The notes beneath the pieces are model-generated. The model saw nothing but the letters and a program-made list of their open reading frames with translations. It searched no databases and had not been told where the DNA came from. From positions 1 to 58,029 of the IMG/VR virus record IMGVR_UViG_3300005077_000021: 58,029 nucleotides of DNA; one strand, 5' to 3'. Source of the stretch: a virus (Duplodnaviria > Caudoviricetes). Made by a program: the position numbers and the translations under genes. Below are positions 46,181 through 55,217 of the stretch, piece after piece; the first letter of the stretch is position 1, and every line of letters starts with the position of its first letter.

Positions 46181-49100
46181 AGGTTCGTTTCACGGTGATG
46201 AAAAACATCCTGGACCCTCACACCGCCACCCGGGGGGTCTTTGAGGCCCCGGGTCCGATTGATCTGCTACAAATGATTCAGAAGGTGTGCCCGGAGTTTT
46301 CCGGACTGAAATTGAAGGTGGCTGTAAATTCTCATCCAGTGGTTGGTCTTGATTCCTTTGTTTTGGAGGATGGAGACTTCGTTCTCATCACCCCTTCTAT
46401 TGACGAGGCTGGGGTGATCATCGGGGTCATCGGGGCTATCATTGCAGTTTTGTCTATCGGATGGTCCATATATCAATACTCCACGTTGAGCAATCAACTA
46501 AACTCGTTGAAGAATCAGGTGGACCCCCATCTGTCTGATTCGTCGGGAACCCTCTCCCAGGCTTTTGGTTTCAACATCAGGGAGAACCTTACTTATGACG
46601 GGAACCCCATTCCGGTGCTCTACGGGATTCAACGTCTGGGGGGGACAATCATCAATCAGTTTCTCTACTGCCCAGCTCTGGGCGAGAGGGAACGGGTGAA
46701 GCTCTGTTTGGGTTTGTGTGAGGGCCCGGTCGAAGCGGTGGCCCCGGGTGGGGCCGATGACGTTTTTCTGGATGATTCCCAGCTGTCCTCCTTTGCCGAC
46801 TTCGATTACGAGGGGAGGGTTGGATCGGACGCAGAGTTCTTGACCGCACCCACCATTTGCCGGAGGGTGTATCAGCAAAAATATTTTGGGGACTCCCTGA
46901 TTCATTACAATACGTGGCATCTTGTCAGGTCTTCCGGAACCGTGATAAATGTGGCAAAGCCGATTGCCGGTCTTTACCCGGAAAATCAAAAGAATCGCTA
47001 TCAAGTTTCCGGACAATCTGGCATTAGTTATTTCGCATCTGGTGGGATTGATTGGGTCTCCATGTACTATGATTCATCCTACGCCAGGTTCAACGAGACC
47101 TCCGATCCATCGGAGACCACCATCAGTAACTTGGTTGATCCATATACCGAGCCCTTCACCGTTTCTTTCTACATGATGAGGAACGACGATCTGACCGGGA
47201 TCCCGGATGGGGGGAGTGCCGCTCGTGTGGTTTTTCGTTCTCAGCCGGATCTGGATGGTCCTCCTCTGTGGGGAATGTGGGAAGAAAGTCTTGTGAAACA
47301 ACCGGAGGACTCTGCATACAATTTTGCATCTCAGCGGTCGTGGGGAGTGTTCCTCTATCGCATTGGTTCTTCTGTTCGGATTGCTTTGATAGTGGTGAAG
47401 TGTAATGGAAACCGGTACGACGGATATGTGGATTCTCAGAACCTATGTATCAAGTCCAATTCCTTCCCCATCACCGACCTGACCGGGGTGGATGGGAAGG
47501 GTCCGTTTTTTGCTTTCGTCCGGGAGGGGGACATCCTGAAGGTCTTCAAGGATGGGAAGGACATCACTGATGCTAACTCCAGTTTTTCCTTGGATGACTC
47601 CAGCGTTCACGCCCAGAATGTGCTTATCTCTGCTACCGGCAAACCTCACAACTTTCACACTACATTTGCCATTGGTGGGCAGGTTGGAATATTCAATCAT
47701 CCATACTGGTATGGAAGCCACGCGGCTCACGTGGCTGTGGGGAATCTGAAAATTCACATTGGCAAGGCCAAGTGGATTAGAGAGTTCACCCCTCCATCGG
47801 TGGCGGAGATGGTAGCGATAGAGGACCACGAAGCTCATTCCTACGATTGGGAGGGAATCAGCCACGGGTTGATTATTCAGTATCGATTTCCTCATGGGTT
47901 GTATGGGTATGACTGGGGTGGAAATCCAGTGAGAAGTGGGACTCTCATTCAGACCGGGGCGTACCCGTCTTCTCCGAATCCATCCCCGATACTTCCATTT
48001 CCCTATCATTCGTTTGTAGTCCCAACCTCTAGCCCGGCCCCGTTCCCGGCGAATGTAATGTCTGGTCGTTCTACTGGTTTGGTGAATCGTTCTGTTGAGA
48101 TTCCTTTCATGTATGTAACGGTCACCAATATCGGATACAAGTTTTACTTAGGGGATGCCGTCTATAGGAACGGGTACCCCAATGATCGGGCTACCTTGTT
48201 GGCCTCCGCTTTGTGGAATGGAGTTTCCTACCTTTTCATCGGGGTGGATGAGAATCAAAGTATTCCAAACTGGCCGGCTGGGAGCATCATAAAACAGGAT
48301 GCTCTTGGAGCGGTGGGGACGGTTACCTCTGCCGGGGTTCAGCAGGGAACCTACCCGGGGAGACTCGGCTGCGCGGTGTGTTCCCCCACCTGGAGTGGGC
48401 AAAAGAATACAAACAAAGTGAACCTCCATACCGTGGCTCGTTACATGGATCTTCGGCTTCGTTACCCCCAGACCGCTACCATCTCGGTGGAGCTACGGGC
48501 TGGGGATCGGATGGCGGATATTCCCAAGATTAATGCCATAGTGAAGAGGGTGGACCCCGACGCCTCCAAGCCTTTGTATAGATGGACCGGTTCCGCTTAC
48601 TCTACCATTTCTGGATCTGCAAAGTTTCAGAACCCAGCGTGGATTGTGTGGGATATGTTGACCAATGGATGGGACAAGAGTGGGGTTCGGCAAGGAAACT
48701 ACGGGGCCGGGATAGATCCCAAATATCTTGACTACACTTCTTTCAGCCAGTGGGCGGGCTATTGCTACACCCTCCTCCCGACAGGTACCAATTATTACAC
48801 CAGATGCACTTGCAATATCGTATTTGACATGAAGGACAAAACGCTGTGGGATTGTTTGGAAATGGTATGTATTCTTGGGAGGGGAAGACTGAAGCTCTCC
48901 GGGAACAAATACTACATTTCCTTTCACTGCCCCACGTATTCCGATCCCGCCAACATTCTCCCCACCCAGATATTCACCTCTGGGAACATCAAGGAGGGAT
49001 CCCTTCTTACCTCCTGGCTCCAGCAATCCTCCCGTCCGGACAGGGTGATTGTGGAGTTCAGTGATGCCAACAATTACTATTTGAAGGGATCGGCGGTGGC

Positions 49101-49704
49101 TTCCGTTTCTGGGTTTGATGATGCTACGGAAGTTCAGAATGAGAGTACTTACTTCATCCCTGGTATCACCACCAGAGAACATGCTCGGAGGGAGGCTATT
49201 CTTCGTCTTCAGTTGGCAAGGTCCATTACGAGGAAGGTAGAGTTCGAAGCCGACATTGATGCCATCGCTTGCGAAGCCGGTGATGTGATAGCGGTTCAGC
49301 ACGAAGGGGACAAGTACAAATTTGGTGGTCGAATCATTGGCACCTCTGGTGGTTCCACCCTGTTGCTGGATCGGACTATCAATCTTGATGCTTCCATGTT
49401 CAACTTCAATACTGGAACCTTGACCGGAAATTGTATTATCTTGGTGCGTTCCGGCAGCACCATAGTCAAGAGGTACGTGACCGGTCCATTCGGTTCCGAT
49501 ACATCTCAAGTTAATATTACAGGTTCGGTGTCTAGCGGTATGGTTGATGCTCAATATGGGATAGGAAAGACGGATTACTCCACTTGGTTCTACATGATCG
49601 AATCCATCGAGATCACCCAGGAGGGGACCGCGAAGATTGAAGCATTCAACTATGACCCATCGGCTTACTTCTATTCTACCGAGTATGGCGCAACCCCGAT
49701 CTAA
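46177..49704 (+). CDS. Central tail tip protein (gpI-like N-terminus fused to gpJ-like hub, inserted LamG-like domain)
   Basis: VNS..VLEDGD; PIPVLYG..GG; LGLCEGPV; NPAWIVWDMLTN..YGAG; CEAGDVI; YDPSAY. Confidence 0.85.
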   Translation: MKVRFTVMKNILDPHTATRGVFEAPGPIDLLQMIQKVCPEFSGLKLKVAVNSHPVVGLDSFVLEDGDFVLITPSIDEAGVIIGVIGAIIAVLSIGWSIYQYSTLSNQLNSLKNQVDPHLSDSSGTLSQAFGFNIRENLTYDGNPIPVLYGIQRLGGTIINQFLYCPALGERERVKLCLGLCEGPVEAVAPGGADDVFLDDSQLSSFADFDYEGRVGSDAEFLTAPTICRRVYQQKYFGDSLIHYNTWHLVRSSGTVINVAKPIAGLYPENQKNRYQVSGQSGISYFASGGIDWVSMYYDSSYARFNETSDPSETTISNLVDPYTEPFTVSFYMMRNDDLTGIPDGGSAARVVFRSQPDLDGPPLWGMWEESLVKQPEDSAYNFASQRSWGVFLYRIGSSVRIALIVVKCNGNRYDGYVDSQNLCIKSNSFPITDLTGVDGKGPFFAFVREGDILKVFKDGKDITDANSSFSLDDSSVHAQNVLISATGKPHNFHTTFAIGGQVGIFNHPYWYGSHAAHVAVGNLKIHIGKAKWIREFTPPSVAEMVAIEDHEAHSYDWEGISHGLIIQYRFPHGLYGYDWGGNPVRSGTLIQTGAYPSSPNPSPILPFPYHSFVVPTSSPAPFPANVMSGRSTGLVNRSVEIPFMYVTVTNIGYKFYLGDAVYRNGYPNDRATLLASALWNGVSYLFIGVDENQSIPNWPAGSIIKQDALGAVGTVTSAGVQQGTYPGRLGCAVCSPTWSGQKNTNKVNLHTVARYMDLRLRYPQTATISVELRAGDRMADIPKINAIVKRVDPDASKPLYRWTGSAYSTISGSAKFQNPAWIVWDMLTNGWDKSGVRQGNYGAGIDPKYLDYTSFSQWAGYCYTLLPTGTNYYTRCTCNIVFDMKDKTLWDCLEMVCILGRGRLKLSGNKYYISFHCPTYSDPANILPTQIFTSGNIKEGSLLTSWLQQSSRPDRVIVEFSDANNYYLKGSAVASVSGFDDATEVQNESTYFIPGITTREHARREAILRLQLARSITRKVEFEADIDAIACEAGDVIAVQHEGDKYKFGGRIIGTSGGSTLLLDRTINLDASMFNFNTGTLTGNCIILVRSGSTIVKRYVTGPFGSDTSQVNITGSVSSGMVDAQYGIGKTDYSTWFYMIESIEITQEGTAKIEAFNYDPSAYFYSTEYGATPI

Positions 49705-49719
49705 GAGGAGAAAAATCCC

Positions 49720-50016
49720 ATGATGGTAACCGACCCAAAGAAACCAGCCCCGGATAAGACCCCGGCAGATGTGATTCCGATTCCTCAATCTCAGGGGGAA
49801 TCTCCCTCTCCATTCCCTTTCTCACCTCCCTCCCTCTCCCCGCAACCATCCAAAGCGGAGATTGGGAGGGTCATCAAAGTCAAGAGACACCAACTGAATC
49901 GGATGATGGAGGGTATCGCCCAGCACACCCAAGCGATTCAGGATCTCACGGTCATGGCCGAGATTCTCAAGGTGGAAATCAAAGAACTTCAGGAGAAGGA
50001 GGAGAAGGAAAAGTGA
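49720..50016 (+). CDS. Hypothetical protein (Pro-rich plus coiled coil)
   Basis: GAGGAG RBS; coupled to the next gene. Confidence 0.55.
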   Translation: MMVTDPKKPAPDKTPADVIPIPQSQGESPSPFPFSPPSLSPQPSKAEIGRVIKVKRHQLNRMMEGIAQHTQAIQDLTVMAEILKVEIKELQEKEEKEK

Positions 50017-50477
50017 CCACCCATCTGGACTCGTGCGACACTTGTAGAGATCATTCTGCCACGATTGGAAAACTCACGCGGCTTTGTGGAGACATCTCCG
50101 ACCTGAAGACGGAGTTGAGTAAAGAAAATGATCGCATCTGGGATGGGATGGGGACGAAGATGAAAACAGTGACCTTTACCATTCTCATGAGTGTGCTCAT
50201 GCCCATCCTGCTCGGCGCTGGGGGATTTTTTGCTGCTTCTGTTGGGGACGACATCGACGACCTGGAGAAGAAATATCAGAGTGATATGTCGGTGATGAGA
50301 GGGCAGAACGATCAACTCATCCAGCGGATGGACTCCTTGGTGATGGAGATGGGGAATGTTCGTTCTGATATTCGTGTGTTCTCCATCACGTTGAGTGGGG
50401 AAATCGAGAGGGCAAAAGAAGCTGACCGGCAGTGTATGGAGAAAATGGAACAATGGGGCAAAAGGAACTCGCGCTGA
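50013..50477 (+). CDS. Single-TM coiled-coil protein, lysis-associated (holin/spanin-like)
   Basis: One TM segment (VTFTILMSVLMPILLGAGGFFA); directly upstream of the endolysin. Confidence 0.5.
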   Translation: MTTHLDSCDTCRDHSATIGKLTRLCGDISDLKTELSKENDRIWDGMGTKMKTVTFTILMSVLMPILLGAGGFFAASVGDDIDDLEKKYQSDMSVMRGQNDQLIQRMDSLVMEMGNVRSDIRVFSITLSGEIERAKEADRQCMEKMEQWGKRNSR

Positions 50478-50878
50478 AACTTGCTTGGAGAATGTACGGG
50501 GTTCCCTACATTTGGGGAGGGGATGACCCGATACGTGGGCTAGATTGCTCCGGAATGCAAGTGGAGATTCTGAAGTCGGTAGGAATCCTACCAGTACATG
50601 GAGACTGGACTGCTCACTCGCTATGGCTTTTCCTCAAGGGAAGGGAGATCCGGAATCCGATTGCTGGAGCCCTTGCTTTCTGGGGGGATCCTCAAATGAA
50701 AACTCACGTGGAGATGTGTCTGGACGACCGGTTCTCCATTGGGGCCAGCAGTGGGGGATCCGGAACTACCACGGTTGATGCCGCCATCCGAAGCAACGCC
50801 TTTGTGAAGGTTCGTCCAATCTACAACAGAGGAGACCGAAGACCGGTCAGCTTTGCTGACCCATTCCCGAAAACCTGA
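50453..50878 (+). CDS. NlpC/P60 peptidoglycan endopeptidase (probable endolysin)
   Basis: GVPYIWGGDD..GLDCSG, GALAFWG, THVEM. Confidence 0.8.
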   Translation: MGQKELALKLAWRMYGVPYIWGGDDPIRGLDCSGMQVEILKSVGILPVHGDWTAHSLWLFLKGREIRNPIAGALAFWGDPQMKTHVEMCLDDRFSIGASSGGSGTTTVDAAIRSNAFVKVRPIYNRGDRRPVSFADPFPKT

Positions 50879-50903
50879 TCCGATCCAGAGGAGGAGGAGA
50901 TCA

Positions 50904-53225
50904 ATGAAATGTCCGCTATGTTCCACCCCCACTATCTTGCCGATAGATCGGGACCGGGTTCAATCTCATTTGATAGTCGCCAAGCTGGAGGCGGAGAAGA
51001 AAGAAGAGGCCCCCCACATTCATCTCCACGGTCCGTGGGAAGACAAGGAAGTTTCCAGGGAATTGATTCAGGCGGCTTGTGAGAGGGTGGGGATCTCCCT
51101 CGGCGCGAAGGAGGGATCTCCACCAAGGGAGATCATCTTCCGGAACAAGCAACGTATTGGTGATACCATCACCATGACCGCAGCCGTGAGAGATTTCAAG
51201 AAGGCCTTCCCAGAAACGCGGGTCGGGGTGATGACCTCTTCTAGAACTCTCTGGAAACACAATCCATATGTCGACCTTGATTTCCTGGATCGAGAGGATT
51301 GTGTGGTAGACATCGGTCCTGGGTATCTCACAAACAAAAGCAATCAGTGGGATACCCACATGATCAACTCCTACCGACTATCAATGGAGCAGAACCTCGG
51401 CCTCCGCATCCCACCCGGGGAGAGTATCCCGGACCTTTGGATGACAGAAGAAGAGATCAGAGAGCCCATCGTCCAGGGACCATACTGGATCATCACGGTT
51501 GGAGGGGAGCCCAACTGGCCGGCGAAGATGTACCCCATCGATTGGTGGCAGGAGGTGGTGGATCGTCTCCAGGGAGTGGTTCAGTTTGTCCAGCTTCAAC
51601 TAGCTAGTGATCCTTACCCAAGACTCAAGAACGTGATCGACCTGGTCGGGAAGACCGAAGACCCGGATACTGGAGTACGTGATCTCCTGAATCTTTTCTA
51701 CCACGCCCAGGGGTCCGTGGGTTTGGTTTCCATGCAAATGCACATGGCTGCTGCTTTTGGAATTCCTTGTGTGGTGGTTGCGGCCGCTCGGGAGCCTTCT
51801 TGGTTCACTCATTACCTGGGACATCAATACCTGTCCACTGAGGGAACTCTTCCCTGCTCGATTGAGAAGGGGAGGACCAAGGCCTGTTGGAAGTGTGGGA
51901 TGGACTCCTGCCGGGAGAAGAGACAAGACGAAGGAATGGGGGTGGACCCGGACGATCCCATTCCCCCATGCGTGGCCCTGATCCGTCCATCCATGGTGGA
52001 GGATTCCATCCTCTTCTACTATCGTGGAGGCCGGCTGAAGAAGGGGGAGAAGATTCCTAATGGGGGATTCAAAAATATTGTGAAGGAGGAGAAACCAAAG
52101 AAGGTCTCCTTTGTGAAGGAGAGGGGGATCTCCAAGAAGGACATCATTCTTCACGGGTCTCTTTCTTCCAGGGGGGGAGGGGAGCAGAGTCTGGTAAAGA
52201 TCAAGAAGGTGTTGGAGGCGCGGGGGTGGAACCCCCATCTCATCCCCTGGGGAAAGGTTCATGATCGATTCCGGGGGGAGGCCCTTCTCACCCCTCTTTC
52301 TTGTCAGGAGCGTTCGGTGGTTGCCGGGCTCCCCATCCTCTTTTACGCCAATGATCAAATTACCGAGTTCTGTCAATGTGGGTGGGCCCCACCTATTGTG
52401 GAGGGGAGTGGAGGGTTGGTGATCGGGATCAACTATGTGAATGGGGAACTTCCTCGCTGTGAGTGGTTGTCCAGGTCCGGGAAGTTAAAAGCGGTCCTGT
52501 TCCAGAATGAGGAAAAGCGAGAGGAGTTCCTCGAAGCCAGAACACAGCCATTCGATGGGGTTCAGTTCCTTACCCTCCCTGGGGCCATCGACCTGGAGAA
52601 CTACGCAGGTATCCCCATTACCGATCGCCAGGCAGAGGATTCTCTGGTGGTCTTGAAGCACTGCGTTCCGGATTTCCGGAAATACGTCACCTCCCGCTCG
52701 GTGGGGGAGGGCCGGAAGATTCATGTTTGGCAGAAGGAGATAGTCAAGGAGGACGATATTCAATTCTACTCAAGGCTATTGAAGGATCTCCCCGGGTCCG
52801 AATTCCGGTTCATGGAGGCCCACCCGGAATTGGTGGAGCATTTCAAGGGAGAACCCAGGATGGTGTTCTTCAAGTTCGATCAGATCCCGGTGGCGGAGTT
52901 CCTCTCCGGTGGGCACGTATATCTGTATCGCACCAGCAACCTCTGGCGGGATCAATTCCCCAGGGTGGTGGGGGAGGCCCTGGCTTCCGGGCTTCCGGTA
53001 CTTACCGAGCCGAGAGACGGGACGAAAGATCGGGTTCAGCATGGGGATACCGGATTTCATTGTGTTGACTACGATGGATTCCTTTACTCCCTGAAACTGC
53101 TCAAGAGGAAGGAACAATACCGGAGAAGGATGGGGGAGGCTGCGCGGCGATGGGCCTTGAAACATCTCGATCCATTCAAGTGGTCCGATATCCTGGCTGA
53201 TCTGTTCGATGCCTGGGAGAAGTGA
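50904..53225 (+). CDS. Two-domain glycosyltransferase (GT9/heptosyltransferase-like plus GT4-like)
   Basis: IGDTITMTAAVRD, HNPY, KMYP..WQEVV, DLVGKT, MHMAAAFGIP; second domain RGGGEQS...DQFPRVVGEALASGLPV..HGDTGF. Confidence 0.85.
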   Translation: MKCPLCSTPTILPIDRDRVQSHLIVAKLEAEKKEEAPHIHLHGPWEDKEVSRELIQAACERVGISLGAKEGSPPREIIFRNKQRIGDTITMTAAVRDFKKAFPETRVGVMTSSRTLWKHNPYVDLDFLDREDCVVDIGPGYLTNKSNQWDTHMINSYRLSMEQNLGLRIPPGESIPDLWMTEEEIREPIVQGPYWIITVGGEPNWPAKMYPIDWWQEVVDRLQGVVQFVQLQLASDPYPRLKNVIDLVGKTEDPDTGVRDLLNLFYHAQGSVGLVSMQMHMAAAFGIPCVVVAAAREPSWFTHYLGHQYLSTEGTLPCSIEKGRTKACWKCGMDSCREKRQDEGMGVDPDDPIPPCVALIRPSMVEDSILFYYRGGRLKKGEKIPNGGFKNIVKEEKPKKVSFVKERGISKKDIILHGSLSSRGGGEQSLVKIKKVLEARGWNPHLIPWGKVHDRFRGEALLTPLSCQERSVVAGLPILFYANDQITEFCQCGWAPPIVEGSGGLVIGINYVNGELPRCEWLSRSGKLKAVLFQNEEKREEFLEARTQPFDGVQFLTLPGAIDLENYAGIPITDRQAEDSLVVLKHCVPDFRKYVTSRSVGEGRKIHVWQKEIVKEDDIQFYSRLLKDLPGSEFRFMEAHPELVEHFKGEPRMVFFKFDQIPVAEFLSGGHVYLYRTSNLWRDQFPRVVGEALASGLPVLTEPRDGTKDRVQHGDTGFHCVDYDGFLYSLKLLKRKEQYRRRMGEAARRWALKHLDPFKWSDILADLFDAWEK

Positions 53226-53920
53226 TGGAGATATGCGTCTGCGGGTGGTATTTGGATCCGGACTTCCTTCGGGTACTTCAAAGAGTTTCCAAAAAGCACC
53301 CAGTGACTATCGTTTGCAACAATCGGGAGGGAGTTGGGGAGTTGCTTGGTTTGGGGCTCCCCTTCGTTCTTCGGGAGAACGTCGGCCTGGAGTGGGGGGC
53401 CTATGATTGTTTTTTGAAACATTTGTGGGGAGGAAGAAGTGATGTGCTTTTCACCCATGATGATGTCCGGGTGATGGATGATCGGGTGTTCGACCAAATA
53501 TCTGTAGTGGACTTTGATCAAGCTTACATTTTCAAGAACCAGAGGGAGGAGAGGAACAATGGTGGAAAGCACGGGAGGGCCATCTTCATGTCGGCCAGGC
53601 TCCTCCGGCTTCTTCGAGAACATGAATGTGTATGCCATCAGTCTGGACCTCGCTTTGATGTTCATCACAACCACGGATGGGAACTTCCGGGAACGGGTCC
53701 GCATCGGGGATTCTGGTTCGATCCTCACAACCTTGGCCATATTTCCGGGAAGCCCCCACCCGGGGTGAGGCATTACAACGAAGCGGTTTATCATTTTCAT
53801 TGGCAGATGGGGAGAGTTCGAGATGGAAAGATCGGAGGAGGTGGGTACCGAGTCGTCGGAAGAGTGTTCTTCCCAGACTACGATTGCGCCAGAAGAGGGA
53901 CGTTCCGACTTGAAAGGTAG
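53225..53920 (+). CDS. Glycosyltransferase-like protein (GT-A/GT2-like)
   Basis: RENVGLEWGAY, VLFTHDDV. Confidence 0.6.
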   Translation: MEICVCGWYLDPDFLRVLQRVSKKHPVTIVCNNREGVGELLGLGLPFVLRENVGLEWGAYDCFLKHLWGGRSDVLFTHDDVRVMDDRVFDQISVVDFDQAYIFKNQREERNNGGKHGRAIFMSARLLRLLREHECVCHQSGPRFDVHHNHGWELPGTGPHRGFWFDPHNLGHISGKPPPGVRHYNEAVYHFHWQMGRVRDGKIGGGGYRVVGRVFFPDYDCARRGTFRLER

Positions 53921-54581
53921 CATCATCATTGCGGTCTTGGAATCGTATGAGGTGGTGAGAAGACAGCTACGTCTGTTCGAGTTTCTGTTTGAGGGTAGAG
54001 ACGACCTGGAATTGATCTTAGTGGATGATGGTTCCAGACCACCGATTGAAGGGGTGTGTGGAAAGCCTAGTATCAGGCATTTCCGTTATCTTCAAACAAG
54101 AGATTACCGGCCCTGGTCCCAGCCGTGTGCACGAAATGCCGGGGCTTCCATTGCTCGTGGGGAGTACTTTCTCTTCACTGATATCGATCACATCCTCACC
54201 CCGGCGGCTATGGAGGCCCTCTATAGGTTTGATGGGGACAAGATGCATTTTCAGAGGATGTATGCTCTCCTGGGGGAGAGTGGTCAGATAATCCGGAATC
54301 ATCCTCTCCTCCTGGAATATGGATGCCCGGAGAAAGACCTTGATGTGGTAAGCAGCCACGAGAATACCTTCATCATCCGCGCAGAGTTGTTCTGGGAGTT
54401 GGCTGGATATGATTCCCGGTTTTGCGGGAAGTATGGGGGGGACGATACCGACTTCAATCGGCGTTACGGGGAGCTTCATCGGAGAGGGATAGCCAAGAGA
54501 TCGGAGAGAGGTCCGATGATCTATGTCTACCCGGACCCAAGACGGGATGTGAAGAGACTCTTTCATTCCCTTCGGTGGTGA
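53910..54581 (+). CDS. Glycosyltransferase family 2
   Basis: ELILVDDGS, ARNAGA..GEYFLFTDIDH, GYDSRF..YGGDDTDF; probable TTG start at 53910. Confidence 0.85.
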   Translation: MKGSIIIAVLESYEVVRRQLRLFEFLFEGRDDLELILVDDGSRPPIEGVCGKPSIRHFRYLQTRDYRPWSQPCARNAGASIARGEYFLFTDIDHILTPAAMEALYRFDGDKMHFQRMYALLGESGQIIRNHPLLLEYGCPEKDLDVVSSHENTFIIRAELFWELAGYDSRFCGKYGGDDTDFNRRYGELHRRGIAKRSERGPMIYVYPDPRRDVKRLFHSLRW

Positions 54582-54635
54582 ACTAGAATAGAATAAATAA
54601 AGCAGTAACAGACAAGGGAGAAGGGAGGCTTCTTC

Positions 54636-54887
54636 GTGGCTTCTGGGACTTCCCTGGTTACCAGGGGGATGGTGAACGGGAACACACGATTCCATTTCCA
54701 AGCAGACTTGGCGGCGGTTTTGTCATCTGAGTGTTCTCTCAGATTGACCACCGATTCTGATCTGTCTCTTTCTTTGGAGACAGAAACCGACAAGGCCCTG
54801 GTCCTGGAGATTCAGAATGAACTATCCCTCCGGCTTAGTACGGAAGATTATCTTTCTTTGACTCTTGAAATAGAAATGGAGGATTGA
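54636..54887 (+). CDS. Hypothetical virion-associated protein
   Basis: GGAGG RBS with GTG start; repeated LSLxL motif. Confidence 0.5.
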   Translation: MASGTSLVTRGMVNGNTRFHFQADLAAVLSSECSLRLTTDSDLSLSLETETDKALVLEIQNELSLRLSTEDYLSLTLEIEMED

Positions 54888-54891
54888 TCTC

Positions 54892-55206
54892 ATGTCCGCA
54901 GACAAGCCAGTGGAGGTGGTAGCCGGGTCCACCAAATATCTGAAGTTTACCATTACCGATGCCGATACCGGGGAGGTGGTAAACGTCTCTTCCTGTACTG
55001 CTTCCCTTTCCGTCAAGAACTCCTCCGGAACCTCTTTGATCACGAAGACCAATACTGACTTTGACAAAAGCAGTGGGGCTTCCGGGATCCTCCGGGTGTT
55101 GTGTGCTTTTGCCACCGCCGGTCGATACACCGGATACTTGACCATTACCCTGAGCACCACCACTGATGTTCTGACGTTTGGAGTGGTTGTTCTTCCAGGG
55201 GCATAG
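54892..55206 (+). CDS. Ig-like / BppU N-terminal-like structural protein
   Basis: GSTKYLKFTITDA.TGEVVNVS, AGRYTG. Confidence 0.55.
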   Translation: MSADKPVEVVAGSTKYLKFTITDADTGEVVNVSSCTASLSVKNSSGTSLITKTNTDFDKSSGASGILRVLCAFATAGRYTGYLTITLSTTTDVLTFGVVVLPGA

Positions 55207-55217
55207 GGGAAAATGTG

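Noticed and set aside
317-53929. Many long minus-strand ORFs (e.g. 2190-3272, 7218-8456, 28701-29894, 48493-49788)
   Set aside because: They are antisense shadows of clear + strand genes, rich in Pro/His/Leu, with no motifs or RBS.
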